NCBI GenBank assembly: GCA_000165425.1
Contig: CT867997.1
Coordinates: forward strand, 372,001-436,000
DNA length: 64,000 bases
Origin: Paramecium tetraurelia
Taxonomy: Eukaryota
Reading direction: 5' to 3'
The translations under genes were made by a program, and so were the position numbers. Every line of letters begins with the position of its first letter. Position 1 is the stretch's first letter. The notes below the pieces were generated by a model that ran no database searches, was not told the DNA's origin, and saw only the letters and a list, made by a program, of their open reading frames with translations. This document shows, one piece after another, positions 11,406 through 25,391 of the stretch.

Positions 11406-14400
11406 ATGGCTTCCTTTAGACCATAGTCTTCATAAGCTATTTCAGTCAGATCACCCAGTAGAAGTATGTGATTGTTATTATGAGTTAGTTATTCCAATTG
11501 CATCCAACATGGGTCATTCTTATGTGATTCCAGCAGCCCAAAATTTACCAACCACAGTAATAGTAAAAGAGAAAAACCCTGTTTCATATGATAAATCAAA
11601 AGAACATGATGATGAGTATAAGGATGAATTGGAGTTGTGGAAGAAAAAATATTTTACATTAGAGGCTTAATTGGCTAAATATGATATTGAAAACGAAATA
11701 GTACTCAATTAATCTGACTATTTAAGAAAGATGAATTACAATCAAGGATTTTGGGGTCTCAAGAAGATGCCAAAAAGTTCTAAATTGATATTTCCAAAGT
11801 TCAGGCGGATATGGACAAATAAAGAGGAGAAATGAATGATTTAGTAATTGAAAATCAAAAACTACTGAATTAATAAGTAGAAGTGGAAAGATTGAAAAAA
11901 TTAGTTGGTGAAAGGGAGGATACAATAGGCTAAGTATTAATTTTTTCTAATTAATAGTTGTCACAAAAATGTAGAGAATACTAAGAATAGTTATAGGAAT
12001 TGGAAGCATTTCAATAAGCATTGCAAGATATGCACAATCAAAATGAAGGTAAAGAAAGGATGATTGAATAATGGAAACTAAAATATATAGAAAATGATTA
12101 AAAGAAGCAAAAGGAAATAGATGAGTTAAAATAAAAGTTAGCTGAATACAATCCAACAGAAGTACAATTTCTAAAAGCTCAATTGGATAGAGAAAAATAA
12201 GAGTGGTAGAATAGCTAAAAGAAACTCTAACAGGATTTAACTGATGCTCTTAAACAACTAGATTAATGCAAAATTAAATATAATGTAAGAGTTTTTCTCT
12301 AAAATAGAATCTTGATATGCAACATTAACAACTCTCATCAGCATAAAAGGAATCTGTTGCAAGAATAGATGCCTTAAATCAGGAATAAAATAAACTCACT
12401 GTTTAAGTTCATAATTTGAATGATGATAAACAAAAGCTATAAATAGAGTTGGAAGCCACAAAAGGATAATTAAAATTACATTAGGGTTTGATTGGAGAGT
12501 TAGATAGATTGAAGAGGTTGTTAACCGATAAAAGTGCAGAACTTTAATAACTATAACAATAATCACAATAAAAGGATATTGATCTTAATAATGCAGATTT
12601 AACTATTTAAGAATAAAACCAAAAAATTAAATCATTATCCTTATTGTAGTAAGAAAATTAAAGATTGCAATAGGAATTAGATTAGCAACATAGATAAAAT
12701 GAATAGTTGCATTAATAGAATGCTGAATTATTGAAAAATCTAGACAAATTTAAGCTATTAGAAGAAGAGAAAATGCAATTAGAAAATAAAGTAAGTATGT
12801 TGGCAGCAGAAATAGAAAGATTAAAAGTTTAATTGAAATAGAAGAATGATAAAATTTTATAAGAACAAGAAGAATTGAAAAGACTCTAAGAATAATTGAA
12901 TGAAATAGATGAATTATAAAAGTAGAATGAAGATTTAATACGTTAATTAGAATAAGCAAATAGTACAATTAATGAATTAGAGAAGAAATTACAAGCAATT
13001 ACGGAACTTGAATAAAAGCTCTAGGATGCTAATAATAAAATATATGATTTAGAAAATAAGGTAGCAATGTTGAGTGCTGAATCTCAAAGATTAAGATATC
13101 TAAATGATTAAAAGACTGAATAATTAAAAGCAGCTGAGCAATAATTATCAGATCTCAATTTACTTAAAGAACAACTACACTAATTATAGAGTAAATACGA
13201 TGCACAATAATAAATGAATTAGAACTATTAAGCTGAATTAGAAAAACTAAGAGGACAATCAACTTAATAAGATACCAATATTGCAGAATTGAGAAGACAA
13301 TTAGATGAACAAAAAGCTTAAAATATAGTACATAAGCAAGCTAATTCAGAACAAGTTATTTCAGATTTATAATAATAATTAAGTTCATTGTAATAAAGTT
13401 ATAAGAAGGTATCTGAATCCAATTTAGCCAATGAAGAGGACCCAACTTTGGATTTATAAAATAGATTAACTTTATTGAAACAAGAAAATCAGAGGTTGAA
13501 TTAAACAATTGTATAAAAGAATTAAGAGGTCTTAAATCATTAATAATAAAATCAATAATTACAAAAAGACTTGTTATCCTCTGATACTTTGAAGGTGTAA
13601 ATTCAACAATTACATGAATCAAATTCAGTGTTGTAAGAACAACTATAGAATGAGAAATAAGGCCGAAAGGATTTAGAGGAGAAGATTTAATAATCAGAAT
13701 AAGAGAAATACGATCTATAAAGTAAATGTGCCATGCTTTCAACACACATCGAAGGTATGAAGTATAAACTTGAAAAAATGGAAAACGTTGATGAACTGAA
13801 AAAGATCATATAAGATCAATAAGCCTAATTGGCTGAGATGGATGCCTTAAAATTAGAAATTGAAAGTCTTAATGACAGAATAGCTGAATTAGAAAAAGAA
13901 TTAAAATTGTGGAAATAAAAACATGAATAATTGGATTAACAATATCAATAGTTACTTCATGTGAAGGAATAAATGGAAAATAAATTAGCTATGCTTTCAT
14001 CAGAAATTGAAAGATTAAAAGTACTCAACTAAAAGAAGTAAGGGGAAATTGATCAACAAAACTAAGAAGTTAATGAAAATGGATTAAGAATTAAACGATT
14101 TACATAATCAACTAGAAGATATTAATGAATTAAAAACTTAATTGAGTTCGCTTGAAAACCAATTATAATAATTAACTGATGAAAATTAAAATAAATCAGC
14201 TGAAATTACTCAACTTAAATAACAAATTGCTGAAATAGAAGGATTACTAGTCAATTAAGAGGATCTTTAGAATTAAATTAAGAAATTAGAAAAGGAGTCA
14301 CAATCAAAAGATGAAATAATAGAATAGTTTAAATAAAAGATTACATAATTAGAGAGTAAGATTGCAGAACTTGAAGACATCAAAGTATTTATATTCTATA

Positions 14401-14787
14401 ATATTATCAGTATAAATATGAAGATAAAATGGCTTTATTAAGTAGTGAAGTTAAGAGATATGAGTTTAAAGCTAAGAAATTGGAAGATAAGTCTAACGAA
14501 CTATAAATCTCAGTTGAGCAATTAACTCATGATTTGAATGAAGCAGATTCAAAAATTGTTGAATTAGAAAAGGTATAATTCTATAGTTGAATATTTTTTA
14601 GGATTTAGGCTAATGGAAGTTTGAATATTCCAAATTAAACAGTCTTCAATATAAAATAGATGAATACAGTTTCTTATTAGTAGTTTCATTTGCTGAAATT
14701 GAAGCTTTAAGATCATAAAACTCCTCATTAAATGAATAATTAGATAATCATTAAAAAACAAAAGTGGCCCTTGCATTAGCATAATGA
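11406..14787 (+). CDS. Large coiled-coil protein with repeated ENKxxMLSxEIERL motifs
   Basis: Starts MASFRPQSSQAISVRSPS. Motif copies lie near 12780, 13050, 13720, 13975 and 14420. Several introns and a frame discontinuity near 14060. Confidence 0.8.
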
Positions 14788-14939
14788 GAGTTATAATAAT
14801 AAATAAATAATTTATATTTTATAATTTGATATTCAACAGTATTTGTTTAGTTGTGGATAAAAAAAAAAAGAGTAGAATTAAATATTAATAGGTATATATT
14901 AAAATAATATTTTGTAATTTAAAAATTATTAAAGCTTTC

Positions 14940-17900
14940 TCACTCTGTCTACTAGAACTTATCATAAAACATCGAACAAAAAAATTCAAACATTTATTGC
15001 TTTGATGGTTAATTTGATGAATGGATTGGACTTGTAGGGTAGGAACTAGAATTCTTGTAAGGCATCTAATTATTATTCCTTTAATCTTAATAAGGGTAAG
15101 GCTAAGCATGCATATTGGATGGCCCCTGATTGTGATTAAAGCTTTAATTATTAGAATATTATTCATGATAAGGATTAAATTTTCTTTGCTTTTTTATGTG
15201 AGGTTCTTAGTGATTCTAATAATTTTATTTTTACCTATAAAACCCTTATTGACGATGAGGGGACTGGTTTCTAAATTTATTATCCCTTGGTTTTTAATTA
15301 TTATAGAATTATTGTTATTATGGATGCTAATATTATTATTATTATTAAAATGGTTATTATTATTGTTATGATTCATATTATTACTACTAAAATTGCTATG
15401 GGTATTATTATTATTATTATTACTACTATTACTTCCTATAATTATTTTATTTTATGCTTGGAGATTGTACTTATTCAAGATCATATTAGACAGGATTGAC
15501 AATTGATTTTTAAATGTTTTTCTAAATGGTCTAGTCTTTTTTAGTTAAAAATTCTTAAATTCCATACTATTCTAAGGGAAATGCATAACTGTTTTATCTT
15601 TATTACTATTGATTTTATTGGGCATTAACTTATTCATTGGAATTTTAGTTTCTTTAGTGTCTATCATTTTATTTCTAGTTTTGCTAATGGAATTATTAAT
15701 TATTTTATGAATCCCATTGTTTGTTTTATTGAGAGTGGGGCATCATTGATTTTTCATGGCCTTAATTGTATTATTAAGATCTATTTCCAAATGATTAACT
15801 TTCCTATATTTTTTATTGATTTTACTAATTATAATTCTAATTATGGTTCTAATTATGATGTTTAAATTTTGCATCTGTATTGCCATATTATTAATCTTAA
15901 ACTTATCTATCAAATGGTTTAGTTTTTTAATTTTGTTCTTAAATTTAATTATCATTTTTATAATTTTAATAAGATTATTAGTAGTTTTATTAATATTTCT
16001 TATGTTGATGATGGTGATGATGATGTTGATGCTAGTGTTGATATTATTATTATTCCTTTAATTCTCTTTCTTTAATTTCTTTTTATATAGCTTGTTATTA
16101 AAGGTACTCTTATTCTTTCTAAAATTCAATTTCTTCAGATCTCAATTTCTGTAGCCTTATTTCAGCTTTTTTGATATTCTCTTAATGAATCCTCTCTTTT
16201 TCCTTCTTCTTCTATTCCTCCTTTAATCTCTCTTTAGCTTCTTTTTCTGCTTACATTTATTTGAGAATATCTTGACCACTTTTCCTTTCGCTACTCTTTC
16301 TTCTCTTATTATCTTTACTCTTCTCTTTTCTTTTAGATTATTATGAACTTTTAGCTCTTTTCTTTTCTTTACTATCCTTTTTAGACCTAGTTTTTGAATT
16401 TTCACTCCTTTCTTTTTAATGTTATCTCTTATTATTTTTATTTTTTTATTTATCTTTAACATCAATATCTGATTCTGAGAGTTTTTTGTCTCTAGATTTT
16501 TATTCTTCTTCCCTTTGTTCTTTGGTGTTAGGTTTCTCCACATTTTTTTCTGGTTCTTTTTAGATATCCTTATTCTTTTATTGATTAATTTATTCTCTGG
16601 ACTCTTTTTATTTTTTATTGGCTTAGGTTTCACCAAACTATATGCTACTTTAATCACTGATCAAAATTGATGATGAACTTACTATTGAATCTGGACTATC
16701 AATATCATTATTATCTTGAAATAGATTATCAATATCATCATTCATTTAGTTGTTACCTTATTAAAAGGTTGAACAAACATTGTTTTAATTTTAAATTTTA
16801 ATGCCTTCCCCTTTTTATTGTTGAAAAGTTGGCTATTGTGGTTTGGAAATGATTTCATCATTTGAAGATTCAATGCATATAATATTTGATTTATTAGAAT
16901 GACTCTGTTATTATTAAGTTTCTTATAATTTAAGCTATTTATCAACATTTTCTGGTTATATTTCCTTTGATTTAGTAATTTCTGAATTCAATCTATTTGA
17001 AGCTGTTTTAATTATTTTAGATGATTAGCCCTTTTTGTTGATATCTCCTTGAGAACTCTTAAATATCTCATTATCAATATCAATTATTTAATAAGGAGTT
17101 ACTTCTTAAATCTCATTTTACAGTAATTAATTTTGGTTAATAAAGGTATCATCATCTGCCCTAGAAGTAAAATGATTGCTTTCCTTATTGATATAATCTA
17201 AATGATCTTGTTATTTATGAATTTAAGGCTATTAAAAGTCCTATGGGTTCTTAATTGAATTTTTCTAATTTTAATTTAGATTATTGTCATCAATTAATTT
17301 AGTATAATCAAATTTCTCTGGAGAAGAACTAATATGAATTATTTTCTATCCATCAGAATTTTAATTATCCACCAATATATTTGTTTTTTCTTGATCTGGT
17401 GCTCTATGAAGTCTAGTAAGAGTTGTTTCAATTTCAGTAACATTTTTCCTTGTTTTGATAGCCCATCTTTTCATTAATATAGGTAATTTTTCAAACAATA
17501 TCAACTCAAGTTCTTTATCACTCATTGCTTTATGGCATCTATCTTAGAATTTAGACCACCAATAATTCTATTAACACTTCTCTTTTAACAAATCATACAA
17601 TTTAATTAATTCTGTATCTTGAGAAAAGTCAAATTCTTATTGTTCTTTATCACTTAGGGTATCACTTAACTAATTGATTTTATCTGATTCATTGTTAAAA
17701 TTATTATTTGCTAATATTTATTCTGTATTATTTATTTTCTCAGACATTTCAGTAATTTATTCTTTTTGTTTTGGATTAGATTTGGATTTAGAAGAAGGGA
17801 GGTTTTGTTATTGTTGAACCTTATCTGATTGCATTGTAGCCATCCCAGGTACTAAATAAAATAAAAGAAAAAATACATTTTTAATCTGGTAAATCATCTT

Positions 17901-18783
17901 TAAAAACAGATTCCAATGAAATTTTTTGTTGTTCTGAAAAATAAGATCCCTTTGGGTTGTCTATATTATTTTGGTGCTTCTAATTTTGTATTACCTATTA
18001 TTATGCTTATTATTATCTATTTGATTCATTTTATTGTTACTATTAGAGTGTTTTATCCTCTATCTCTATTGATGATATGAGTGTTTTTTCTTTATTTATT
18101 TACTACTATTATATAACTTCTAAATTTTGCTTTTAGGCTTGCTCTGTATTTATCATTGGATTTATTGAATCTTGATTAGACTTGACTTCTTCAGGACTCT
18201 TTTAATCTAATTAAACCTCAGAGACTTGATTTCTATTTATTTAATATTAATTTTCTTGTTTTTAATTCTTATGAAATCTACCTTTCTTTTTATTCTACGA
18301 TGTCTAATTTTAATTAGATTACAATTCTCCTTATAAATTAAACTCTTGAGTTACTTACCCATTTTGTAGTTTGAGTAAATATTAATCATAAGAACTGATG
18401 ATTTTTTGAAATAAGCCTTCTAGGAACTTAAATTCTCCTAAAATGTATTGATGCATAATCATTTACACTGGTTCTACCTTCATCTACTCAATATACCATA
18501 AGGCTGCAGGATTATTCATAAAATCATTGAAAAGTTTTGTCTAGTTAAAATCTTTTGATGCCAAGATTTGGAGCAATCTAAAAATATCATTTTTGTTATG
18601 GATGATAAGCAATAAAGCTAGAGTCTTTAACAACTTTGGTAATTTCTCCTTTACATCTATTCTATTTTGCTACTATTCTTGCTTGATATAATCCAAAATT
18701 ATAGCAACATCATACTATTATGGTTTAATGAGACTATAGGTTCTACAGTCATAAATGCTCGTGTTATCAATCCAAAAAATCAT
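14940..18783 (-). CDS. Large hypothetical protein with a helical N-terminus and Q/N/R/E low-complexity body
   Basis: Long code-6 ORF from MIFWIDNTSIYDCRTY to MFEFFCSMFYDKFQQTE-TGA. Confidence 0.72.
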
Positions 18784-19254
18784 TATTATATTTTTATAAA
18801 TTTATATTCAAGAATCTTAAGACATTAAAAAATCATTGAATTTATTAAGTTTTAAATTTGAAATTTAAGACTCTCACAATCATTTAATTAAAGCATTTCT
18901 TTTTAATAAATATTTAATTTCCTTTACTGTTCATTATAAAATAATTATTGATATCAATATGAGAGTATGAAATCCCAATGCTCATAGAAAGCAACAAGAA
19001 TAATCTATTTAGTGCTGGATCCTACTATTAATTCTATATTTTAATGTATTTTTAACTTTTTCTATGAATTCTGTATTCTCTCTTATTAAACAAAAGTTAA
19101 TCGATAATGAACTCATAAGAATTTTTAGAATTATTAGACTGAAATCTTATTGATATTATTTGGTGATTGAGATTAATTAATTTTAGTAAGATGTTTTATT
19201 GTAATTCATTTATGAACTGCTAAATTTAAGTATTAAATAAAATTTTATTAAAAA

Positions 19255-20803
19255 ATGGGAAACAAAGTATATATCATAAAATCGGCAGACAAATCATTTT
19301 TCAATTAGAATCAATCACTAGAAGATTAATTTGAAAGTGTGGGAGGGTAATCTTTCCCACACATTGATCGTGTTGAACTTTATAGATTAAAAAATGAGAA
19401 TACAAAATATGCAACCATCTTTGAAAAAAGACATTCGAATACAGCAACTGACGATGAAGGGCCATTGTTAGAACTTCATGAATAGCTAATGCTTCTAAAG
19501 CACCATCATTTGGTTAAATATTATGGTTTATGCATTGACCCCAACCTCACTACAAATTAACAAATAAGCAGATGGTTTTATGAAGCAGTTTATAAGACCT
19601 TGAAATAGGTTTGTGGACATCATTTTTCAAATAAGAGTTATATTCCAGAAAGGTAATTATGGAAGAGTCTTCATGAAATATTATTAGCCTTACATTTTCT
19701 TGATGCAAGATAGAAATGGCATACTCACATTCAACCTGATTCAATTTATTTAGACAAAAACGATACTATCAAACTGATTCCCAAGGGGGTTCTAAGACTT
19801 ATGAGTGGATATCAAATAGTACTCACAGGAAAAGGATAAGCCTTATTATCACCTTAACAGATGGAAGGTTTAAAATAAAAGTTGGAAATTCCAATTCATG
19901 ATATTCAAAAGTCTGATGTTTTTTCATTAGGAATGACATTCTTGGAGTTGATGACACTCAAGGATAGCTTTGAGTGCTATAATTATGATCTTCATAATCC
20001 ATACATAAAAGAACAAGTATTGTAGGAGAGACAACTAGAAATTCAAAATATTGGATATTCTACTGATCTAGTGAGGATTGTCCTGACAATGTTATAGTAT
20101 GAAGAGATAGATAGACCCACTTTTATGGAATTATTAGTATTATTTCACTTATATATAGAACTCCCATGAAGTTACTTAAAATCTAGCGAACTTTAAAAAT
20201 AATCCATTGCAACCAACTACTCACACTCCTAAACAAGACCTAAAGATTTTTTAAAATAGATTTCCATCTGATTCCTCTAGTTTGAATATAGTTTAGCCAA
20301 GCATCCCTATCACCAATAATCAATAATAAATACAATCCTCTCCTATTAGAATATAATCACAAGTGGTTCCTCCTCAGTATTTACCTGTCAATAATCCTAA
20401 GTAACAAGAAGCGGATCGTCAAAGATAAGAACAAATTTTAAGAGAATAACAGATACAATAACATTTATAATTATAATTAAGATAATAACAATAACTATTA
20501 CAACAATAGGAATAATAGTAGCAATAGTAATAGCTGTTAATTTAATAACAATAGCAATAAATACTTCTATATTAATAATAATTAGATAAGTTAAAGAACT
20601 TAGCACCTTAACCAAAAATCAAGGAACAAAAAGCACCAAACTTACAGGATTACATGATACATCCATTACCTACTCCACCAATTGTATTGGATCCTAATGC
20701 ACGAAATTCAACTATCGACGAATTCTAGGAAAGCCAAGAACTAAATAATAGAATAAATTCTGCTTTAGCTTTATCGAGATAAGCAATTAATAAATATAAA
20801 TGA
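19255..20803 (+). CDS. Protein kinase-like, probable pseudokinase with a Q/P-rich tail
   Basis: The kinase C-lobe is intact (KSDVFSLGMTFLELMTL, MLQYEEIDRPTF). The catalytic loop reads WHTHIQPDSIYL and DFG is replaced (IKLIPKG). Confidence 0.82.
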
Positions 20804-21157
20804 TTATCTAATGTATTTTATTTAGAAATATACAACTTTAATTAATTTATTGTCTCTAATTTGATTGATTGCAATCCTAAATTTAAAAAAGGAAACAATC
20901 ATCCTCTTATTTATAATCTTAGAATTCGTAAAATATTTCTATTATTTTTATTTATAAATAACCAGAGATATTCAACATAAAATGCTTTCATTAAGTTTAT
21001 AATGACTTTTTAATGGTTAATAAATGTGTAACTAACCATCCATCCAAAATTTAAATGAAATTAGTTGTATAAAGATATAAGATAAATTATTTAACCAATT
21101 AAGTAATAAATCCTAAAAAGAAATGAAATAATATTATTTTTAAAGTCATTTATAATA

Positions 21158-21932
21158 TCAATTCTTCCCTTTTTTTTGTTTTTTTGATCTAGCAACATCC
21201 ACAATATTCTTTGTTGGGGTTGATTGTGTAGTACTACTAAATTAAGAGGGACAGATTTATTTTTCAGGAGTAGATGAAGTATCATTATTATGATTATTGT
21301 TGTTGTTATGATCATGAAACTCTTTCATGATTTATTCAAAAGTATTTCTTAGTTTTTAAGCTAGTTTTTAGTTTTTTTAGTTTAATTTCTTTTTATGCAT
21401 TTCTAATTCTTATTAATCCTTTCTTAGATCATTAATAATATGATTAGTATTCTAATAAAAGGAAATGGATTTATTAATTTCAATAGTTGATAATTATGAT
21501 ATTTGTGTATTTTACAAATCAATCTTCTAATCCACTTTTTGATTAAATTCATTAACATAAGTTAAAAAATCCAGTTTTTCATTGTTTATCTCTTACTTAA
21601 TTTATTCTTTGTAATCTGTCAATTTCTAAATTAAATTATTCATGCAATTATCAAATTATTGATCTACCTTCTCTGAATTATTGCATATTGGCTAAATCGA
21701 CACGGATGCCAATTTTTCTATCTTACCTTTCAATTCAACTTCGAACTCTGATATTAATCTTCTATGATGAGAGCCAAAATCATTTGGTACGTGAAATTCC
21801 AAAAAACAATCGGCACAACCTACATCTAAGATATTTTCCAGTACCTATCTTTTATTCCTGATCACAGTGTTTGTCTAAGCAGATGTATTTAATTCTTTGA
21901 CAATCATGGTGTTTAATTCTGCACTAATTCAT
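21158..21932 (-). CDS. Cys/His-rich (B-box-like) N-terminus plus coiled-coil hypothetical protein
   Basis: MNQCRIKHHDCQRIKYICLDKHC..IGCADCFLEFH after a 25-nt intron, TGA at 21158. Confidence 0.68.
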
Positions 21933-21968
21933 ATATAAATTAAAATAATTAGCGCCAAATATAATTAA

Positions 21969-23601
21969 TCAATTCCTATACTGTCTCTATATTTGACCAT
22001 CAGGATAAACTATATCTACATTTCCATTTGGATATTCGATTTACTTTACTTTTTAACTATTAATCTTTTATATTATCCCATCACTGAAGAAAGTCTACTC
22101 TTCACCACTGGCATTTATGTACTTTTCAGTTCCATCTCCAAATCTAATTTCTTTCGTGCCATCATTAAAATGAATTTCGATCTATTAATTGGAAAAACGA
22201 TAAATCTAAAAATCTATCTAAATATAATACATTTGGTCCATTGGCAATTGTAATTTGAGTCGTACTTGCATCAGCAAAATAATATATTACTGTTCCATTG
22301 GGTAAAGTCTGCTTTACATCTTTATTGGTAAAGTGAACTACAACATATCCATCAGGAAATACTTCCCTCTTAACTCCATTATGGAAAACTACCTCTTTTT
22401 TACCATTAGAATATTGTCTAGATATTTTACCATCAGGACCAACATTTTGATTAATTATTTTTGAAGGAACATCCTTATTCTTTCTATAACCCTGATAAAA
22501 ACGATTTTAATCATAATTAAATTCCTATTCCGAAATCAAACTATTGATATTTTTTATTGTAAATGGGATACCTTCATCCTACATTTCTACTAAATCATAT
22601 TTCTTAGTATTTTATTATTACAAATTTCTTTTTTATTTTTCCTATCTATAATCATTCTCCTCTTAACTATCATCACTCAGGTCATCATTTTATTATTCCT
22701 CATCATTATCGTTATCATAATCGTTTTCATCATCTGATTCTTATTTCCTATATTCCTATATTGATTATTTATGTTTTATTTATTGTTCCTCCACAAAACT
22801 GTTTGGGCTTTGTCTTCTATTCTTTTATTGTGGTACCTCTTTCTTTTAAGAAAGTCCAGAAACACTGGGTTTCAATTAAATTTATTAGGATTTGCTTTAT
22901 TAAATTGTTGCTTAAGAGTTTGGTCTCTTCTATTCTAACAATCTAAGTTCTAAGGCTTTTACCTCAGCCTACAATTCTTAGTTTCTTTATGATAATTCTT
23001 CATTCTATTTCTTTAATCTATCATAGGATAACTTATTCTTTTGATCTTTTTATTTCTATTCTTCTGTTAATTTTTAAACCTACTATTTTAATAATTCTAT
23101 TTCTTCTCGTTCTTTTCTATTGGGCAAATTTTATATCGTTTTTTGTTGCCTTTCTTACACTCTTTTTTCCCTTAGCATTTTTTTTTTCTCTTCTTCCTTC
23201 CATTCTTCTAATTCATGTTTTTCTATTTCTTTTTACTTCTCCCACTCTTCTCTCTCTCTTTGTAATTATTTCAATTAATCATCACATTTCACTTTAGCTT
23301 TCTTAACCTTTTCATTTTCACTCTTAAATTTAGCAATTTCAGCATTTAAATTATCAATCTTGTCTTATACATATTTCCTTACGATTTCTTCTTCAGATTC
23401 TTGAGGTTAAGGTTTCTCTTATTTTTTTTCTTTTCCATCTTTTTCCTTTTTTAATCCAAAATAGGAGGTTGCAATCTTGGATTATTTAGGAGGTTCATCA
23501 TTCCAATCTTCATTATCATCAAATTAATATTCTTAATATGAGTCTTGATGATTTTCAGATTCTTCTTTTTGTTTGAGAGGTTTTTATTATATTTATTATT
23601 G

Positions 23602-23638
<37 letters not shown>

Positions 23639-25355
23639 TACTTAGGAGGCTATTATTATTTAGGTTATTCCTTTGATAAATCCTATTTTTTTTGTCTTTA
23701 TTAGACTTCTTTCTATTCTTACTTAAATTCAACTTTTTATTATTATTATATTTTTTAAGGTTTAAATTAATTGCTTTAATTTTAAATAGGAAGAACCCCT
23801 GAAGCATTATTCTCCTTTAAAATTTCAGCATGTTCTTTTTTAGCAATATCAGATCTTTACTAAGCGTTTGATAAAAATTATCTTGTTCCTTTTTTCAAAA
23901 ATGCTTTTTTCTTGGCACGCCCTTAATCTTCAAAATTAGCCTCTTCAAGTGGTTTTTTAAAGTGATTTCTCGGAGGCATTTCATCAAACTCCTGGTTTTT
24001 GTTAGATTTAATAGGCATGTCATCAAATGCTGAATTTTTATTGTTTCTAATAGGGATCTCATCGAATGCAGAATTTTTATTTGTCTTTATAGGCATATCA
24101 TCAAATGCTGTGTTTTTATTTGTCTTCACAGGTATTTCATCAAAAGTTTAGTTTTTATTTGTCTTTATAGGCATGTCATCAAAGCCTTAATTTTTATTTG
24201 TCTTAATAGGAATGTCATCAAAACCTTAATTTTTATTTGTTTTAATGGGTATATCATCAAAACCTTAATTTTTATTTGTTTTAATTGGTATGTCATCAAA
24301 TGCCTGGTTTTTAGCAGGTTTAATTGGAACTTCATCAAAGGAGTTCTTTTTGGTTTTGATTGTTTAATCTTCATAACCTTTCTTAACAGGTTTAATTGCA
24401 ATTTCATCGAAATTATTTTAATTTTGCTTTGTGGAAGGGATTGGGACTTCATCAAAAGGATTAGAATAGTTTGTTCTCTTAATGGGTTAATCTTCAAATT
24501 ATTTAGATTATTTATGATTTTATTAATTTTGCCATTGTGTTTCTTCTTATTATTTAGTAAAATCATCTTGTTTCATAGTTCTAATAGGAATGTCATCGAA
24601 ATTATTGCTTTTTATAGGTTTAATTGGCATTTCATCAAAGGGATTAGATTATTATTTAAAATCATACTCATCTTATTAATATAAATTATTTTTATTAAAA
24701 TTGGATCGAATTTATTGTTCATCTTGAGTAGCTTATTTAATTGGTATATCATCAAAAGCAGGAGTTTTCTTTTATGGTTATTTTTGTTATTTATTGTACA
24801 TGTCTTCATTATCTGATTAATCAAAATTTTGAATTTATTATTTAGTTGATCTCTGATCTCCATATTCATTGAGTCTATGTTAGCGTTGTTTTTGATCTTA
24901 TTTATTTTTATATTAATTGAACAGTTCATTATCTGGCAAAGTATAATCATGAAACTCATTTCTGTAATTCGAAGTTACTTAAATATCATCAAAGTGAAGT
25001 TATCTATTGGTGTTTACGTTGGTTTCCTACTTAATACTAATAATTACTTCTTAGTATTTGGATGGATTATAGTTATGGATGAATTAGGATGACTATTATA
25101 ATTAACATTCTTCAGGTTTCATTTGGTTGTAGAATTAATTCATATCATTAACTTTGTTATGGTAAAACTTTTCTAAATCAAAACCTTGACATAAGAAAAT
25201 CAAATACCAGAAGATTGGGTTTGCATCATTTACATCATTTGCTGTTGAAACATTTTCATCATACTCTGCATCATGACATCGTTGGGATTGATGTTTTGAT
25301 TTGTCATTTCATTTTAGAAAATTTGTTAGCCAAAATTGCTTCGTTGTTATTGCAT
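21969..25355 (-). CDS. SAS4: SAS-4/CPAP (CENP-J) centriole/basal-body protein
   Basis: C-terminal TCP10/G-box repeats (YSNGKKEVVFHNGVKREVFPDGYVVVHFTNKDVKQTLPNGTVIYYFADASTTQ..FNDGTKEIRFGDG), a coiled coil and KAFLKKG. Confidence 0.9.
23975..24345 (-). repeat. 39-bp (13-aa) coding tandem repeat FD[DE]xPIKTNKNQx
   Basis: tcatcaaa/tcatcgaa recurs with period 39 (23981, 24020, ...) for about 10 units. Looser copies extend to about 24760. Confidence 0.92.
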
Positions 25356-25391
25356 TTGGAAATTGAATTCAAATTTTAACAATTAATAACT

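Noticed and set aside
14885..16948. Cluster of Ile/Leu/Asn/Lys-rich ORFs in the supplied track
   Set aside because: These are off-frame or antisense readings of a single Gln-rich code-6 gene (14940-18783).
23600..23640. (TTA)n microsatellite; similar TAA-rich runs at 36310-36420 and 20440-20590
   Set aside because: These are poly-Gln tracts encoded by TAA/CAA inside CDSs, not independent elements.
23975..24345. Regularly spaced repeats resembling a CRISPR array
   Set aside because: The period is 3n, the repeats are in frame inside SAS-4, there are no unique spacers or cas genes, and the host is a eukaryote.
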